From the sequence record OP752703.1: 64,000 nucleotides of DNA; one strand, 5' to 3'. The notes under the pieces were generated by a model. It worked only from the letters and a program-made list of their open reading frames with translations. It was not told where the DNA came from and did no database searches. A program made the translations under genes and the position numbers. Positions 36,058-44,373 of this stretch are shown piece after piece (positions within the stretch are counted from its first letter, which is position 1; every line of letters begins with the position of its first letter).

Positions 36058-36284
36058 TCCTCCCACATAACATCTACAGCGCCAATATACCACTTTCGCA
36101 TTCTGATTGATTGCTCTAACTGATCTTTCGCAAACACTTCCTTATCAAGGATAGCATTTTGGATAGCCACAACCTGACCTGTAATATACGTTTCAATACA
36201 TTCAGGGTGGGACCATGGGTATTCTCGGTTAACCAGCTTTGTGGCATTACTGAAATACTTTGACATGTTAGTCATACGGTTCAT
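36054..36284 (-). CDS. Micro-ORF array protein
   Basis: RKWYIGAVDVMWEE. Confidence 0.8.
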   Translation of the reverse strand: MNRMTNMSKYFSNATKLVNREYPWSHPECIETYITGQVVAIQNAILDKEVFAKDQLEQSIRMRKWYIGAVDVMWEE

Positions 36285-36302
36285 CCGTTAGTGTGTCTCG
36301 AA

Positions 36303-36339
36303 ATTATACCAAACGACAAAGGGACCGTAAAGCCCCTTT
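36303..36339 (-). promoter_or_regulatory. Hairpin-embedded promoter heading the main array
   Basis: TTTACG-17-TATAAT inside AAAGGGG...CCCTTT; followed by ACACAC. Confidence 0.72.
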
Positions 36340-36605
36340 CATTCGTATACGATTAATTGTGCGGCAAACAGATAGTTCTTGAATGTGATAAGACGATACA
36401 CGTGATACCAGTTCACACCCTCCATATCAGCCGTATATGGACTATTCTTATAAGCTGTATACGCAATGTCATGGATTGAACGAATGTAGTAATTTATTCG
36501 CCCTTCCTTATCCTTCATTGTTGGACAATCAGCGAATACTTGTTCAAATCTAGGAATAAGGTTGTAGGTGTATTTGCTAAGTTGATGTACGTATAGATCG
36601 GTCAT
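36339..36605 (-). CDS. Micro-ORF array protein
   Basis: FKNYLFAAQLIV. Confidence 0.8.
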   Translation of the reverse strand: MTDLYVHQLSKYTYNLIPRFEQVFADCPTMKDKEGRINYYIRSIHDIAYTAYKNSPYTADMEGVNWYHVYRLITFKNYLFAAQLIVYE

Positions 36606-36919
36606 TTTAAAAAATCCAACCCCATTATCATTGCTTTGTATACGATGGAGTAGGGGCGATTCACTTCACATACCGTGGGTATCACTTCTGCTAGGCGTCT
36701 AATATTGGCTACACGATAAGTCTCACATGCTCTTTCCCACCTTGCAGTCTTAGCTGGTGATCGTTTGATTCTCTTATTTTTGGGAGGATGGTAGTGTACT
36801 CTTTCGCAATAATCTGTAACCATTTCACCGGTAAAATAGTGTGGCTTACGTGAATGCATATCGTAAAGCTCTTCCCATTGATTGGTATTCATATATGGAG
36901 TCATATAGAGGGTAGCCAA
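36602..36919 (-). CDS. Micro-ORF array protein (start may be downstream)
   Basis: YKAMIMGLDFL. Confidence 0.72.
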   Translation of the reverse strand: MATLYMTPYMNTNQWEELYDMHSRKPHYFTGEMVTDYCERVHYHPPKNKRIKRSPAKTARWERACETYRVANIRRLAEVIPTVCEVNRPYSIVYKAMIMGLDFLK

Positions 36920-37085
36920 AGTGAGTGCGCGATAGCTCCATCTTCCTTTTCACCCTATATTGCGGTGTGTTCATAAAATCGCGTAGGAAGTGAGCATTCA
37001 ACATAAATGATTTACCAGTATTGCGAGTTATTGGCATTACCGATAATAGTGTCTGTCCCTTGTTTATTTGAGATAAGTCGAACAT
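36846..37085 (-). CDS. Hypothetical protein, first gene after the 37139 promoter
   Basis: TTGCCA-17-TATAAT upstream. Confidence 0.68.
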   Translation of the reverse strand: MFDLSQINKGQTLLSVMPITRNTGKSFMLNAHFLRDFMNTPQYRVKRKMELSRTHFGYPLYDSIYEYQSMGRALRYAFT

Positions 37086-37110
37086 AAATGTGGCCTGTTG
37101 ATTGCCGTGA

Positions 37111-37160
37111 ATTATAGACCTTCTGATAGGGCTTGGCAAGACCTTAGAGTGTGCTATAAT
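37111..37160. promoter_or_regulatory. Divergent promoter pair with shared -35 region
   Basis: - strand TTGCCA-17-TATAAT; + strand TTGGCA-16-TATAAT around CTTGGCAAG. Confidence 0.72.
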
Positions 37161-37166
37161 ATCGCC

Positions 37167-37457
37167 ATGGAACCAAAAACATTTAGCGATATGTCAGCCC
37201 AACTATACGTCATGCAGCATGTCAAGACGATCATGAGCTATTACAAGAAGCCGACTCGAAAGGGCTATTCATCTATCATAACGGCCAAAAAGAATGTGCA
37301 GCGTGTGTTGATGGTGGTGGAGAATGTGAAGCCAGATAAGCGACTGCTAAGAGATTCGACGTGGAGAATGAATCAATATCCAGTGGAACGAGACAGAAAG
37401 AAGAAAAGGAAGCGACCAAGTAAGTCGCCTTATACCTTATTTGGGGATGATCTTTGA
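37167..37457 (+). CDS. Basic hypothetical protein, probably leaderless
   Basis: TATAAT-N6-ATG. Confidence 0.68.
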   Translation: MEPKTFSDMSAQLYVMQHVKTIMSYYKKPTRKGYSSIITAKKNVQRVLMVVENVKPDKRLLRDSTWRMNQYPVERDRKKKRKRPSKSPYTLFGDDL

Positions 37458-37658
37458 CTTGACGATCATTCGGTAGTGTTTCTCATTGAAACAGTCCATG
37501 ACCAGTAGGTGCAGACCGATCTTGGTGTTCTGATGATAGAAGGCTCTATATGACTTGTTATGCGAAGGTAGTCCGTGACGATTGAAGGCTCTATGTCGGA
37601 TATACAGATCGAGATTGTCGTCTGAGTAAATTTTGCGTTTCTGGCTGAATGTGTTCAT
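37437..37658 (-). CDS. Small hypothetical protein, probably leaderless
   Basis: TTGACT-17-TATAAT-N7-ATG. Confidence 0.7.
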   Translation of the reverse strand: MNTFSQKRKIYSDDNLDLYIRHRAFNRHGLPSHNKSYRAFYHQNTKIGLHLLVMDCFNEKHYRMIVKSKIIPK

Positions 37659-37665
37659 GTGAAGG

Positions 37666-37712
37666 ATTATACTACTCACCCTCTTTACAGTCAACTACAT
37701 AGGAGCTATAAT
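37666..37712. promoter_or_regulatory. Divergent promoter pair with overlapping -35 boxes
   Basis: - strand TTGACT-17-TATAAT; + strand TTTACA-17-TATAAT. Confidence 0.75.
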
Positions 37713-37733
37713 CAAACTCTTAAAGGTAACCCT

Positions 37734-38042
37734 ATGACTAGTAAAACATATAATCCATCGTTCTCAGGCCATCTAGCTAACAACACCTTCCTTAAAGGGA
37801 ATCCCGATGCCCCTGAGCATGAAATCTTTGAAGTAGTGACTATGATACTGTCATCATCTTCACGTATACAGATCACGTACAACCACATTCATAAAATCCA
37901 TGGAATGTTGGTCGAAGCAACTATGACTCCTGCAATTCAGAGTTACGTCAATACGCACATGCGTGCTATGATTCAGGAAAAGAAATACCTATACGATATT
38001 CTGCAATCAATTCCACACTCGGACGAACACGACCTACTGTAA
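37734..38042 (+). CDS. Hypothetical protein
   Basis: AAGG RBS; start moved to 37734. Confidence 0.75.
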   Translation: MTSKTYNPSFSGHLANNTFLKGNPDAPEHEIFEVVTMILSSSSRIQITYNHIHKIHGMLVEATMTPAIQSYVNTHMRAMIQEKKYLYDILQSIPHSDEHDLL

Positions 38043-38106
38043 GATTTGACAAAGCCCGTAAACGGCGTATACTTAACCCCTAACTCAACCTTCGGACCTT
38101 AAACAT

Positions 38107-38526
38107 ATGCTGAATAACATTGATGCCACTAAACAGAAGACTGTCATTGGAAATCTAAAGCTCTTTAAAGTTGTTTCTCTTGACGAAGTAGACCCCACTC
38201 TCCTAAAAGACCCTCACATCACTGGTGAATCATTTAGGCTAGGGGAAGAAGTCTTCCGACCCGTTGAAATTGTGTCAGATGGATATGACACCTTTGTATA
38301 CAAGGGACTGGTTGCATTTGATAGTTTAGTAGGAGCATGGGACTGCATCCGACTACTGGAACGCCATTATCCATCAATGGCTGACCGATTCACCGTGGCT
38401 GAAATCAGCCTATCCAATAACACCACGTTCTATACGGGCTATCATGTTCGTAAGGATACCAGTATCAAGATTTACGCTGTCGATTCATTCAAGGTTGAGA
38501 GAATCGTAGAGGAAATGGCGGCATGA
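38107..38526 (+). CDS. Hypothetical protein
   Basis: TTGACA/TATACT promoter upstream. Confidence 0.8.
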   Translation: MLNNIDATKQKTVIGNLKLFKVVSLDEVDPTLLKDPHITGESFRLGEEVFRPVEIVSDGYDTFVYKGLVAFDSLVGAWDCIRLLERHYPSMADRFTVAEISLSNNTTFYTGYHVRKDTSIKIYAVDSFKVERIVEEMAA

Positions 38527-38657
38527 AAACGCATGCCTTCGTTCCGATCACCAAGACACTGCCGATCAAGTATTGTGATCGCTGTGGACTTATTCGTTTA
38601 AACAATAAAGAAACAAACAAGGCAGCATCAAAGCCTTGTCCCGGTAGAGAGGACTGA
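38523..38657 (+). CDS. 44-aa CxxC peptide
   Basis: ATGA overlap; YCDRCGL. Confidence 0.6.
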   Translation: MKTHAFVPITKTLPIKYCDRCGLIRLNNKETNKAASKPCPGRED

Positions 38658-38849
38658 TATGGCAACGTTTTCAAAGGTAGGACTCCGTAGTAATGGAGAA
38701 ACACTTAAAGCTGCAATTATTAAGCAACAACTAAAAGAGCGGTTTGGAAAGACTTGGAATATACGATGAAGCTCGTCAAGCTGACCTCATGAAGTACGGG
38801 AAGGATGTAGATGGTCCTGTTGAATATGCAATATTAAAGGTTAATCGAA

Positions 38850-39146
38850 ATGTCTAAAGTAGTTCTAGATCGTTACAATAGTAAGCTCCGAACGGAAAAT
38901 GGTGACGCTATTCACTTTGATCCTCACACGATGCAATATTACTATGAACAGCGCTTGCGTGACGAAGTAGGAAAGGACATTGAATCTCTTCGTAAAGTCC
39001 TGATTGCAGATGGACTAATCGACGGTACGTTAGTCGATGAAATGTTAGGGATGCCGCCCAAGGACAGATATCAAAGTCCTTACATTCCTATGAATGCACA
39101 TGATAGTGATGTAACTTTAACTGTCGAATATGCTGTATTGAGGTAA
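38850..39146 (+). CDS. Hypothetical protein
   Basis: Packing, RBS. Confidence 0.75.
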   Translation: MSKVVLDRYNSKLRTENGDAIHFDPHTMQYYYEQRLRDEVGKDIESLRKVLIADGLIDGTLVDEMLGMPPKDRYQSPYIPMNAHDSDVTLTVEYAVLR

Positions 39147-39150
39147 TATA

Positions 39151-39459
39151 ATGTTTTTACACAACCGTCATAAATCTTATCATGCAGTAAAAGTATTCTC
39201 GTCTCGACTAATCATGCCTCTACGTAGTAGGCATGAAGGAGTGGCCGAAGATAAAATTCACACCATGGGTACTAGTGAATATATGTTAGAGGACAGTAGG
39301 GGTATAACTCATGAATATGAAGGTGAGAGTAAGAATCAGTTCTTCCCCTATCGTGCATATATTGGCTGCTATGGCAGACACTTATCCTTGGTCGCAGATC
39401 ATTTGACTAAGTTATCAGATTACGAAGCATTATCAGGATCAAATTCATTATACTCATGA
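39151..39459 (+). CDS. Hypothetical protein
   Basis: GAGG RBS. Confidence 0.7.
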   Translation: MFLHNRHKSYHAVKVFSSRLIMPLRSRHEGVAEDKIHTMGTSEYMLEDSRGITHEYEGESKNQFFPYRAYIGCYGRHLSLVADHLTKLSDYEALSGSNSLYS

Positions 39460-39965
39460 CAAACAGTTACAGTTTCAATTTAATCAAAGACTACTACGGT
39501 GATCGCGTAGCTGCACGATCACAAGTACCACTAATCAATCATATCATTGAAGGTATGGAGATTCTAACTATGATCGGAGCAAATGATCTAGCGAAGGATG
39601 CATTCTGCATTCATCCTATGATTCAAAATGACGATGATATGGTTAAGACCTATGAAAGACTTTTCACTACAGACCCTTCCATTTTAGACCCACGTGTGGT
39701 TTACTATGCCCTCGAATACAGAAACATCGCAAACCAGTACCTAAGCTTCCGAGAAATTGATTCCCTAGATGACATTACTCTAAGCCCGATTCCAGAAGTA
39801 AACCAAATGCTGGTAGCGGATAAAGTACAAAACTACAAAGACTTCCTGATCTATCATCAGGCCACCCATAAGCGTTCAAGGGAATTGACTCATTACTTCT
39901 GCAATTGGTTGAAGAAGTTGAATGCGGTTCATATCTTTGACACCTATTTTGAATTGAAGCGTTAA
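39456..39965 (+). CDS. Degenerate HD-domain-like protein
   Basis: NHIIEG, CIHP (HD to HP), LVADKVQN. Confidence 0.55.
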   Translation: MTNSYSFNLIKDYYGDRVAARSQVPLINHIIEGMEILTMIGANDLAKDAFCIHPMIQNDDDMVKTYERLFTTDPSILDPRVVYYALEYRNIANQYLSFREIDSLDDITLSPIPEVNQMLVADKVQNYKDFLIYHQATHKRSRELTHYFCNWLKKLNAVHIFDTYFELKR

Positions 39966-40432
39966 TGACTAACCCATTCCCATTAACATATCCAATCCCC
40001 GTAGAAGGTGACCCCGGTTACTTTGGTGCTGTACGAAAGCATGACATTCATACGGGGATTGATCTTTACTGTGGCCCCTATCAGCCCGTGTATGCGATTG
40101 AGAGAGGGGTTGTAGTTAAGATGGAGGACTTTACCGGGGAAAGTGCCGGAAGCCCGTGGTGGAACGATACGAGGGCTGTATTGGTGGAAGGTAAGTCCGG
40201 TGTCATTGTCTATGGCGAGATATCACCACTGGAAGGTCTTGAAGTCGGTGAAGTCCTTGAAAAAGGGGATTTCATCGGCAATGTCATTCCTGTGCTAAAG
40301 AAACGTAAGGGCGATATCCCTCAACACATGCTTCATCTTGAATTGATGACTCACGGCAGTTATACTACTCTGGTATGGGACTTGGATACACCAAAGCCCG
40401 ATTGCCTACTTAATCCTATTACATTACTATGA
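39965..40432 (+). CDS. M23 family peptidase
   Basis: HTGIDL and LHLE zinc motifs. Confidence 0.85.
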   Translation: MTNPFPLTYPIPVEGDPGYFGAVRKHDIHTGIDLYCGPYQPVYAIERGVVVKMEDFTGESAGSPWWNDTRAVLVEGKSGVIVYGEISPLEGLEVGEVLEKGDFIGNVIPVLKKRKGDIPQHMLHLELMTHGSYTTLVWDLDTPKPDCLLNPITLL

Positions 40433-40641
40433 GCTATACTTCGCTTAAGATTCACGATCATCATGATAAGCTAGAATCTTTAGGTAAGCGAGAAGAAGAC
40501 ACTTCTGACAGAGAATTCCTTCGCGCTCCTATTATTGGTACATACGGAATCAGTACGCATACTGATGGTATAGAATATAGAAGTAGAGAATACATCCGTT
40601 TATCGCTAGGTTATGATACTGGCGCTAAAATATCAATTTAA
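40429..40641 (+). CDS. Hypothetical protein
   Basis: ATGA overlap. Confidence 0.65.
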   Translation: MSYTSLKIHDHHDKLESLGKREEDTSDREFLRAPIIGTYGISTHTDGIEYRSREYIRLSLGYDTGAKISI

Positions 40642-40651
40642 AGGAAATTAA

Positions 40652-41461
40652 ATGAAAAAAGTAGCATGGGTCATTCAAACTAACTTACTCCAAGACTCAA
40701 CTGTCTTGGGCGTATGGAATAGTGCCAAAGAACTAGGCTGTGATACCCACGAAGCCATCATCATTCCCTTCCAAGAGGAAATGGGCAATGAAGAAGAATT
40801 AATGGCAATTCCCGTTGATGATGTTACTGTCATCCCTTATGGCTCTTGCAAACTCGCCCGCATTTCTAATGCTCGCGGTTGGAAGGGTAATTGCTACGTA
40901 GATGAAACCTTTAGAACTGATGTATGGCTACGTGAGCGTGATGATATGCTCAACAAGGACGCCGTAATGATGATGGTCAAGGACACTGAGCAATATCTAA
41001 AGGATGTTCCTGATGATGAAGAGTTCTTCATTCGTCCTGTAAAGGACTTGAAGTCTTTCTCTGGTAGTGTGGCCGAAGCCCATGACATTCGTAACTGGAT
41101 GAACAGTACGAAGTCTGGTAATTTCAGCTTCACAGAAGATACTGAAATCATTATCGCTCCTATTCAGAAGCTTTATTCTGAATCTCGCTTCTTCATTGTA
41201 GGTGGTAAGGTTGTTGATGGCTCATACTATCGCATGGGCGGTAGCCTTCAAGTATCTGCAATCAAACAGCCAGAAATGTATGAACTAGCTCAGACATTCG
41301 CTGACAAGTGGCTTCCGCACGAATGCTGTGTTATGGACCTTGCTGAAACTGATGACGGTTACAGGGTTATCGAGTTCAACACTATCAATTCGTCAGGATT
41401 CTATGAGCATGACATTCGTAAGATTGTAACTGCTATGACTGAATGGGGTAGAAATCAATGA
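40652..41461 (+). CDS. ATP-grasp protein (R2K/DUF4343-like)
   Basis: FIRPVKDLKSFSG, ESRFFIV, VMDLA, VIEFNTINSSGFY. Confidence 0.8.
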   Translation: MKKVAWVIQTNLLQDSTVLGVWNSAKELGCDTHEAIIIPFQEEMGNEEELMAIPVDDVTVIPYGSCKLARISNARGWKGNCYVDETFRTDVWLRERDDMLNKDAVMMMVKDTEQYLKDVPDDEEFFIRPVKDLKSFSGSVAEAHDIRNWMNSTKSGNFSFTEDTEIIIAPIQKLYSESRFFIVGGKVVDGSYYRMGGSLQVSAIKQPEMYELAQTFADKWLPHECCVMDLAETDDGYRVIEFNTINSSGFYEHDIRKIVTAMTEWGRNQ

Positions 41462-41712
41462 CTAGAGCACACAAACCTTTAAAGGTTTTTCAAACCTGTT
41501 TCGGTAAAGCCGACGATGTTTTAAGATATACATTGGCGACAGAAGATGAAGCCATGTACCTTTCTTCTTTAAGTGAAGTGAATCCATATTTCCGTCATTC
41601 GGAAATTACAGAAATGGGGTTGCGTTGTAAAGTTGAAAATTTCTTTGATGGAAAAGAGCCATATTTGGGGATAACCCCTCATGCGGACTATGCGGAAAAT
41701 ATAATTCGATGA
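41458..41712 (+). CDS. Hypothetical protein
   Basis: ATGA overlap. Confidence 0.7.
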   Translation: MTRAHKPLKVFQTCFGKADDVLRYTLATEDEAMYLSSLSEVNPYFRHSEITEMGLRCKVENFFDGKEPYLGITPHADYAENIIR

Positions 41713-41975
41713 ACAGTATGAAATATTTCAATAAAGAAATCAATCTCGCAAAGAAAGATGGAGATTGGGAGAGGTTCGATAAGGCATGGACCGATTTAGA
41801 GGCGTGGCGCGACGGCCCACTATATCAAGAAGTCAAAGCTTTATTTGAATCTAAAGATGAAGACGTGTATTCTAAACGCAAGAAGGAACATGATGCCGCT
41901 TGGGAATTGGGCATGAAGTGTTTTGACATTGCTAGAGAAACGTTCTTGGTCGAATTTTCCAGAGTAATACCATAA
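41709..41975 (+). CDS. Hypothetical protein
   Basis: ATGA overlap. Confidence 0.75.
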   Translation: MNSMKYFNKEINLAKKDGDWERFDKAWTDLEAWRDGPLYQEVKALFESKDEDVYSKRKKEHDAAWELGMKCFDIARETFLVEFSRVIP

Positions 41976-42139
41976 TGACATTTGCAGAATTAGTAGAAAG
42001 TGCCAGAAAGGTTACGTTTGACGAAGAAGCAGCTAAAAAGTTGCGTGAAGAAATTCGTCTAATCAATGAAACTTATGACAGATTAGAGCGTGAGCGTAGA
42101 GTTACTACAGCGGTTCTAAATCAAGTATGCGACTTATAA
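41975..42139 (+). CDS. 54-aa helical protein
   Basis: TAATG overlap; not in track. Confidence 0.68.
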   Translation: MTFAELVESARKVTFDEEAAKKLREEIRLINETYDRLERERRVTTAVLNQVCDL

Positions 42140-42148
42140 GGATGGTTT

Positions 42149-42352
42149 ATGGATGATTTTAAAATATTTGAACTATATGAATTGACCCGTGAATCTTCAT
42201 TCACTTCATATGGTGATCCCGAAATGATTGTAGGTGAAGAAGAAGTCGATGATGTATTGTGCGAAGATAATGACTTTGCAGTTGTTATGACATTGCAAGT
42301 GAAAGAAAAATTCGTTGACAGTGAAGATAATTTGTGGGTTCGAATTAAGTAA
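42149..42352 (+). CDS. Acidic hypothetical protein
   Basis: AAGGA RBS. Confidence 0.72.
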   Translation: MDDFKIFELYELTRESSFTSYGDPEMIVGEEEVDDVLCEDNDFAVVMTLQVKEKFVDSEDNLWVRIK

Positions 42353-42403
42353 TAATTCCCAAGATGGAGCGTCAATTTATTGACACTCACAAAACTGAAT
42401 GGG

Positions 42404-42410
42404 ATAAATA
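42404..42410 (+). promoter_or_regulatory. T4-like late promoter
   Basis: ATAAATA 22 nt before ATG 42433. Confidence 0.6.
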
Positions 42411-42432
42411 AGCGCATTACTGAAAGAGAACC

Positions 42433-43140
42433 ATGAAACTTATAGACTTATTTGAAGATCAACAACATCAGACGAACGGCAGTACAACAAACTTCTCTGG
42501 TAGATTCAGACAATCCAAGGCAGCATTTTCTGATCCTAAATCAGGTGCGTTTTCCTCGGTGAAAGATGATAAACGTGATCCTCATATGGTGAAGAAATAT
42601 CACCATGGACCTATGGAAGATGATACTCCCGAAGCCGAAGTTGGCGAAGATGCATACGTATATTTTGCCCAATGGCTGGCTGACCAGAATGTCACAAACC
42701 CGCACATGCCTAGAATTTATGACATAAAGAAGATTCAGGATAGTACAGGTAAGTTCATTTACAAGTATCAAGTTGAAAAGCTTAATTCGGCTACGGAACT
42801 AGGTCTTGAAGAACTAATGAATGTATTCGGCCAACACTTTGTGTCAGATACAACTGCACAACAAGTTGCCGATGAATTGGATTTTGAATCAGGTGTTGAT
42901 ACGCCTGACAATAAGAAGATTCTAATCCATGTAATGGGTAGATTCTGTGAAGATATGGTCAAACAAGGGTCGAATAATATCAAGAGTGATTCTCTAAGAG
43001 AAGCACTGATGCTTATTCAGAAGTTCCTGAAAGATCATAAGGGCAAGATGTTTGGCTTGGATATCGAAAATTCAGGCAACATCATGTTCCGTCGAGGGCC
43101 ACATGGACTACAATTAGTCATCACTGACCCCGTATCTTAA
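42433..43140 (+). CDS. Protein-kinase-like enzyme
   Basis: KSGAFSSV Gly loop, VKK, PRIY, LDIENSGNIM, VITDP. Confidence 0.72.
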   Translation: MKLIDLFEDQQHQTNGSTTNFSGRFRQSKAAFSDPKSGAFSSVKDDKRDPHMVKKYHHGPMEDDTPEAEVGEDAYVYFAQWLADQNVTNPHMPRIYDIKKIQDSTGKFIYKYQVEKLNSATELGLEELMNVFGQHFVSDTTAQQVADELDFESGVDTPDNKKILIHVMGRFCEDMVKQGSNNIKSDSLREALMLIQKFLKDHKGKMFGLDIENSGNIMFRRGPHGLQLVITDPVS

Positions 43141-43283
43141 AAACATTATCGGCCTTTAGTTGAGAAACTTTAGGCCGATTTCACAAAGAGGTTGACAGCA
43201 CCAGTTTCACTTGGTACTATATACCTCTACTCCTACTTGATATTAGGGGTTTGCAACACACAAAACTAACAAGGAAATAAAAC

Positions 43284-44015
43284 ATGTTTAAACTACTAAC
43301 CGCTACTGCCCTATCACTTGCTCTAGCTGCTCCGGCAATGGCTTCCGAAGGTAAGGCTTCTGGCTTCATCGAAGCATCATCAGATTACCTATACCGTGGT
43401 CAGTCAGTAACCAACGATAAGCCTGCTGTTTCTGCTGGCCTACAGGTTACCGATCTAGTTGTTGATGGCACTTTCGCATCTGTTAAGGGTACTACCGTTG
43501 ACGTAGGCGATCTAGACCGCAATGGTAAGATTCGCGCTGAATACGAAGTTGGTTATGGTAAGACTTTCGCTGACCGCTATTCACTAGCTGTCTCAGTTGC
43601 TCGCGTCCAGAACCCGGTTCTATACACCGAAGATTACACCGAAGCCCGCGTAAGTGGTGCTGTCCGTCTAACCGACAAGCTATTCGCCACTGGTGAATAC
43701 GCTCAGATTCTAACCACCAAGGTTGGTAATGACAAGTACGCTGCTCTAGGTCTAGAGTACAAGGGTCTAGGTGTTGAAGAACTAAGCGCTGGCGTCAAGG
43801 CTTCTTACCAGAGCTACGACCTAAGCGGTCGTTCAGAGTTCAATAACGCTGAACTATACGCAACCTATGCTCTAACCAAGAACGTAGAAGCTTTCGGTTC
43901 ATACTCATGGGGTGGTAAGTCAATCACTCACGCAACTGATGCTTTCAGCTTCCTAGACTATCGCGCATCTTCACTACGCGATCAGGGTCAGGTCGGTGTA
44001 CGTGTCCGCTTCTGA
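43284..44015 (+). CDS. TIGR02001 (Gcw_chp)-like outer-membrane beta-barrel
   Basis: Signal peptide, SDYLYRGQSVTNDKPAVSAG, C-terminal Phe; TTGACA-17-TACTAT promoter. Confidence 0.75.
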   Translation: MFKLLTATALSLALAAPAMASEGKASGFIEASSDYLYRGQSVTNDKPAVSAGLQVTDLVVDGTFASVKGTTVDVGDLDRNGKIRAEYEVGYGKTFADRYSLAVSVARVQNPVLYTEDYTEARVSGAVRLTDKLFATGEYAQILTTKVGNDKYAALGLEYKGLGVEELSAGVKASYQSYDLSGRSEFNNAELYATYALTKNVEAFGSYSWGGKSITHATDAFSFLDYRASSLRDQGQVGVRVRF

Positions 44016-44064
44016 TAATCGCCAATTCATCGGCAAAGTCCCCCCAACAGAAGAGGGGGATACT

Positions 44065-44322
44065 GTGGATGATATGGTTCGTTTAACGAACTATATCATC
44101 CCAAACATTCATAATGTGAATAAAATACTAAGAGACGGGAAGGAAACTTGGATTGATAAACTAGTCAAGCAAATTGACTACGATACTACCGAAGGAATGG
44201 AATTCTCTAGATTGTTTATACTGATTAGTGACCCAAATACTAAAGAAGTAAAGATCGCATCCTTCCCTTATTCCATTAAGAATGGACCAGATATTAAAGC
44301 TCTCATAAAAGCCCCTGCTTGA
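44065..44322 (+). CDS. Hypothetical protein (GTG start)
   Basis: GAGGGGG RBS. Confidence 0.68.
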   Translation: MDDMVRLTNYIIPNIHNVNKILRDGKETWIDKLVKQIDYDTTEGMEFSRLFILISDPNTKEVKIASFPYSIKNGPDIKALIKAPA

Positions 44323-44347
44323 CAGGGGCTTTTTTGTGGCCTATAAT
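44308..44347 (+). promoter_or_regulatory. Combined stop codon, terminator and promoter
   Basis: AAAGCCCCTG-CTTGA-CAGGGGCTTTTTT; TTGACA-17-TATAAT. Confidence 0.85.
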
Positions 44348-44373
44348 TTCCCCATCAACTACGGAAATCCCCC

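Noticed and set aside
36846-37085. P-loop-like TRNTGKS
   Set aside because: Protein is about 80 aa with no Walker B; probably chance
24420-37658. Stop-codon reassignment fragmenting long genes
   Set aside because: Adjacent ORFs change frame, all three stops are used, each ORF has its own terminal motif, and thyA, guaC and PARP are intact in code 11
24420-37658. Diversity-generating retroelement behind the array
   Set aside because: No reverse transcriptase and no TR/VR pair differing only at adenines seen
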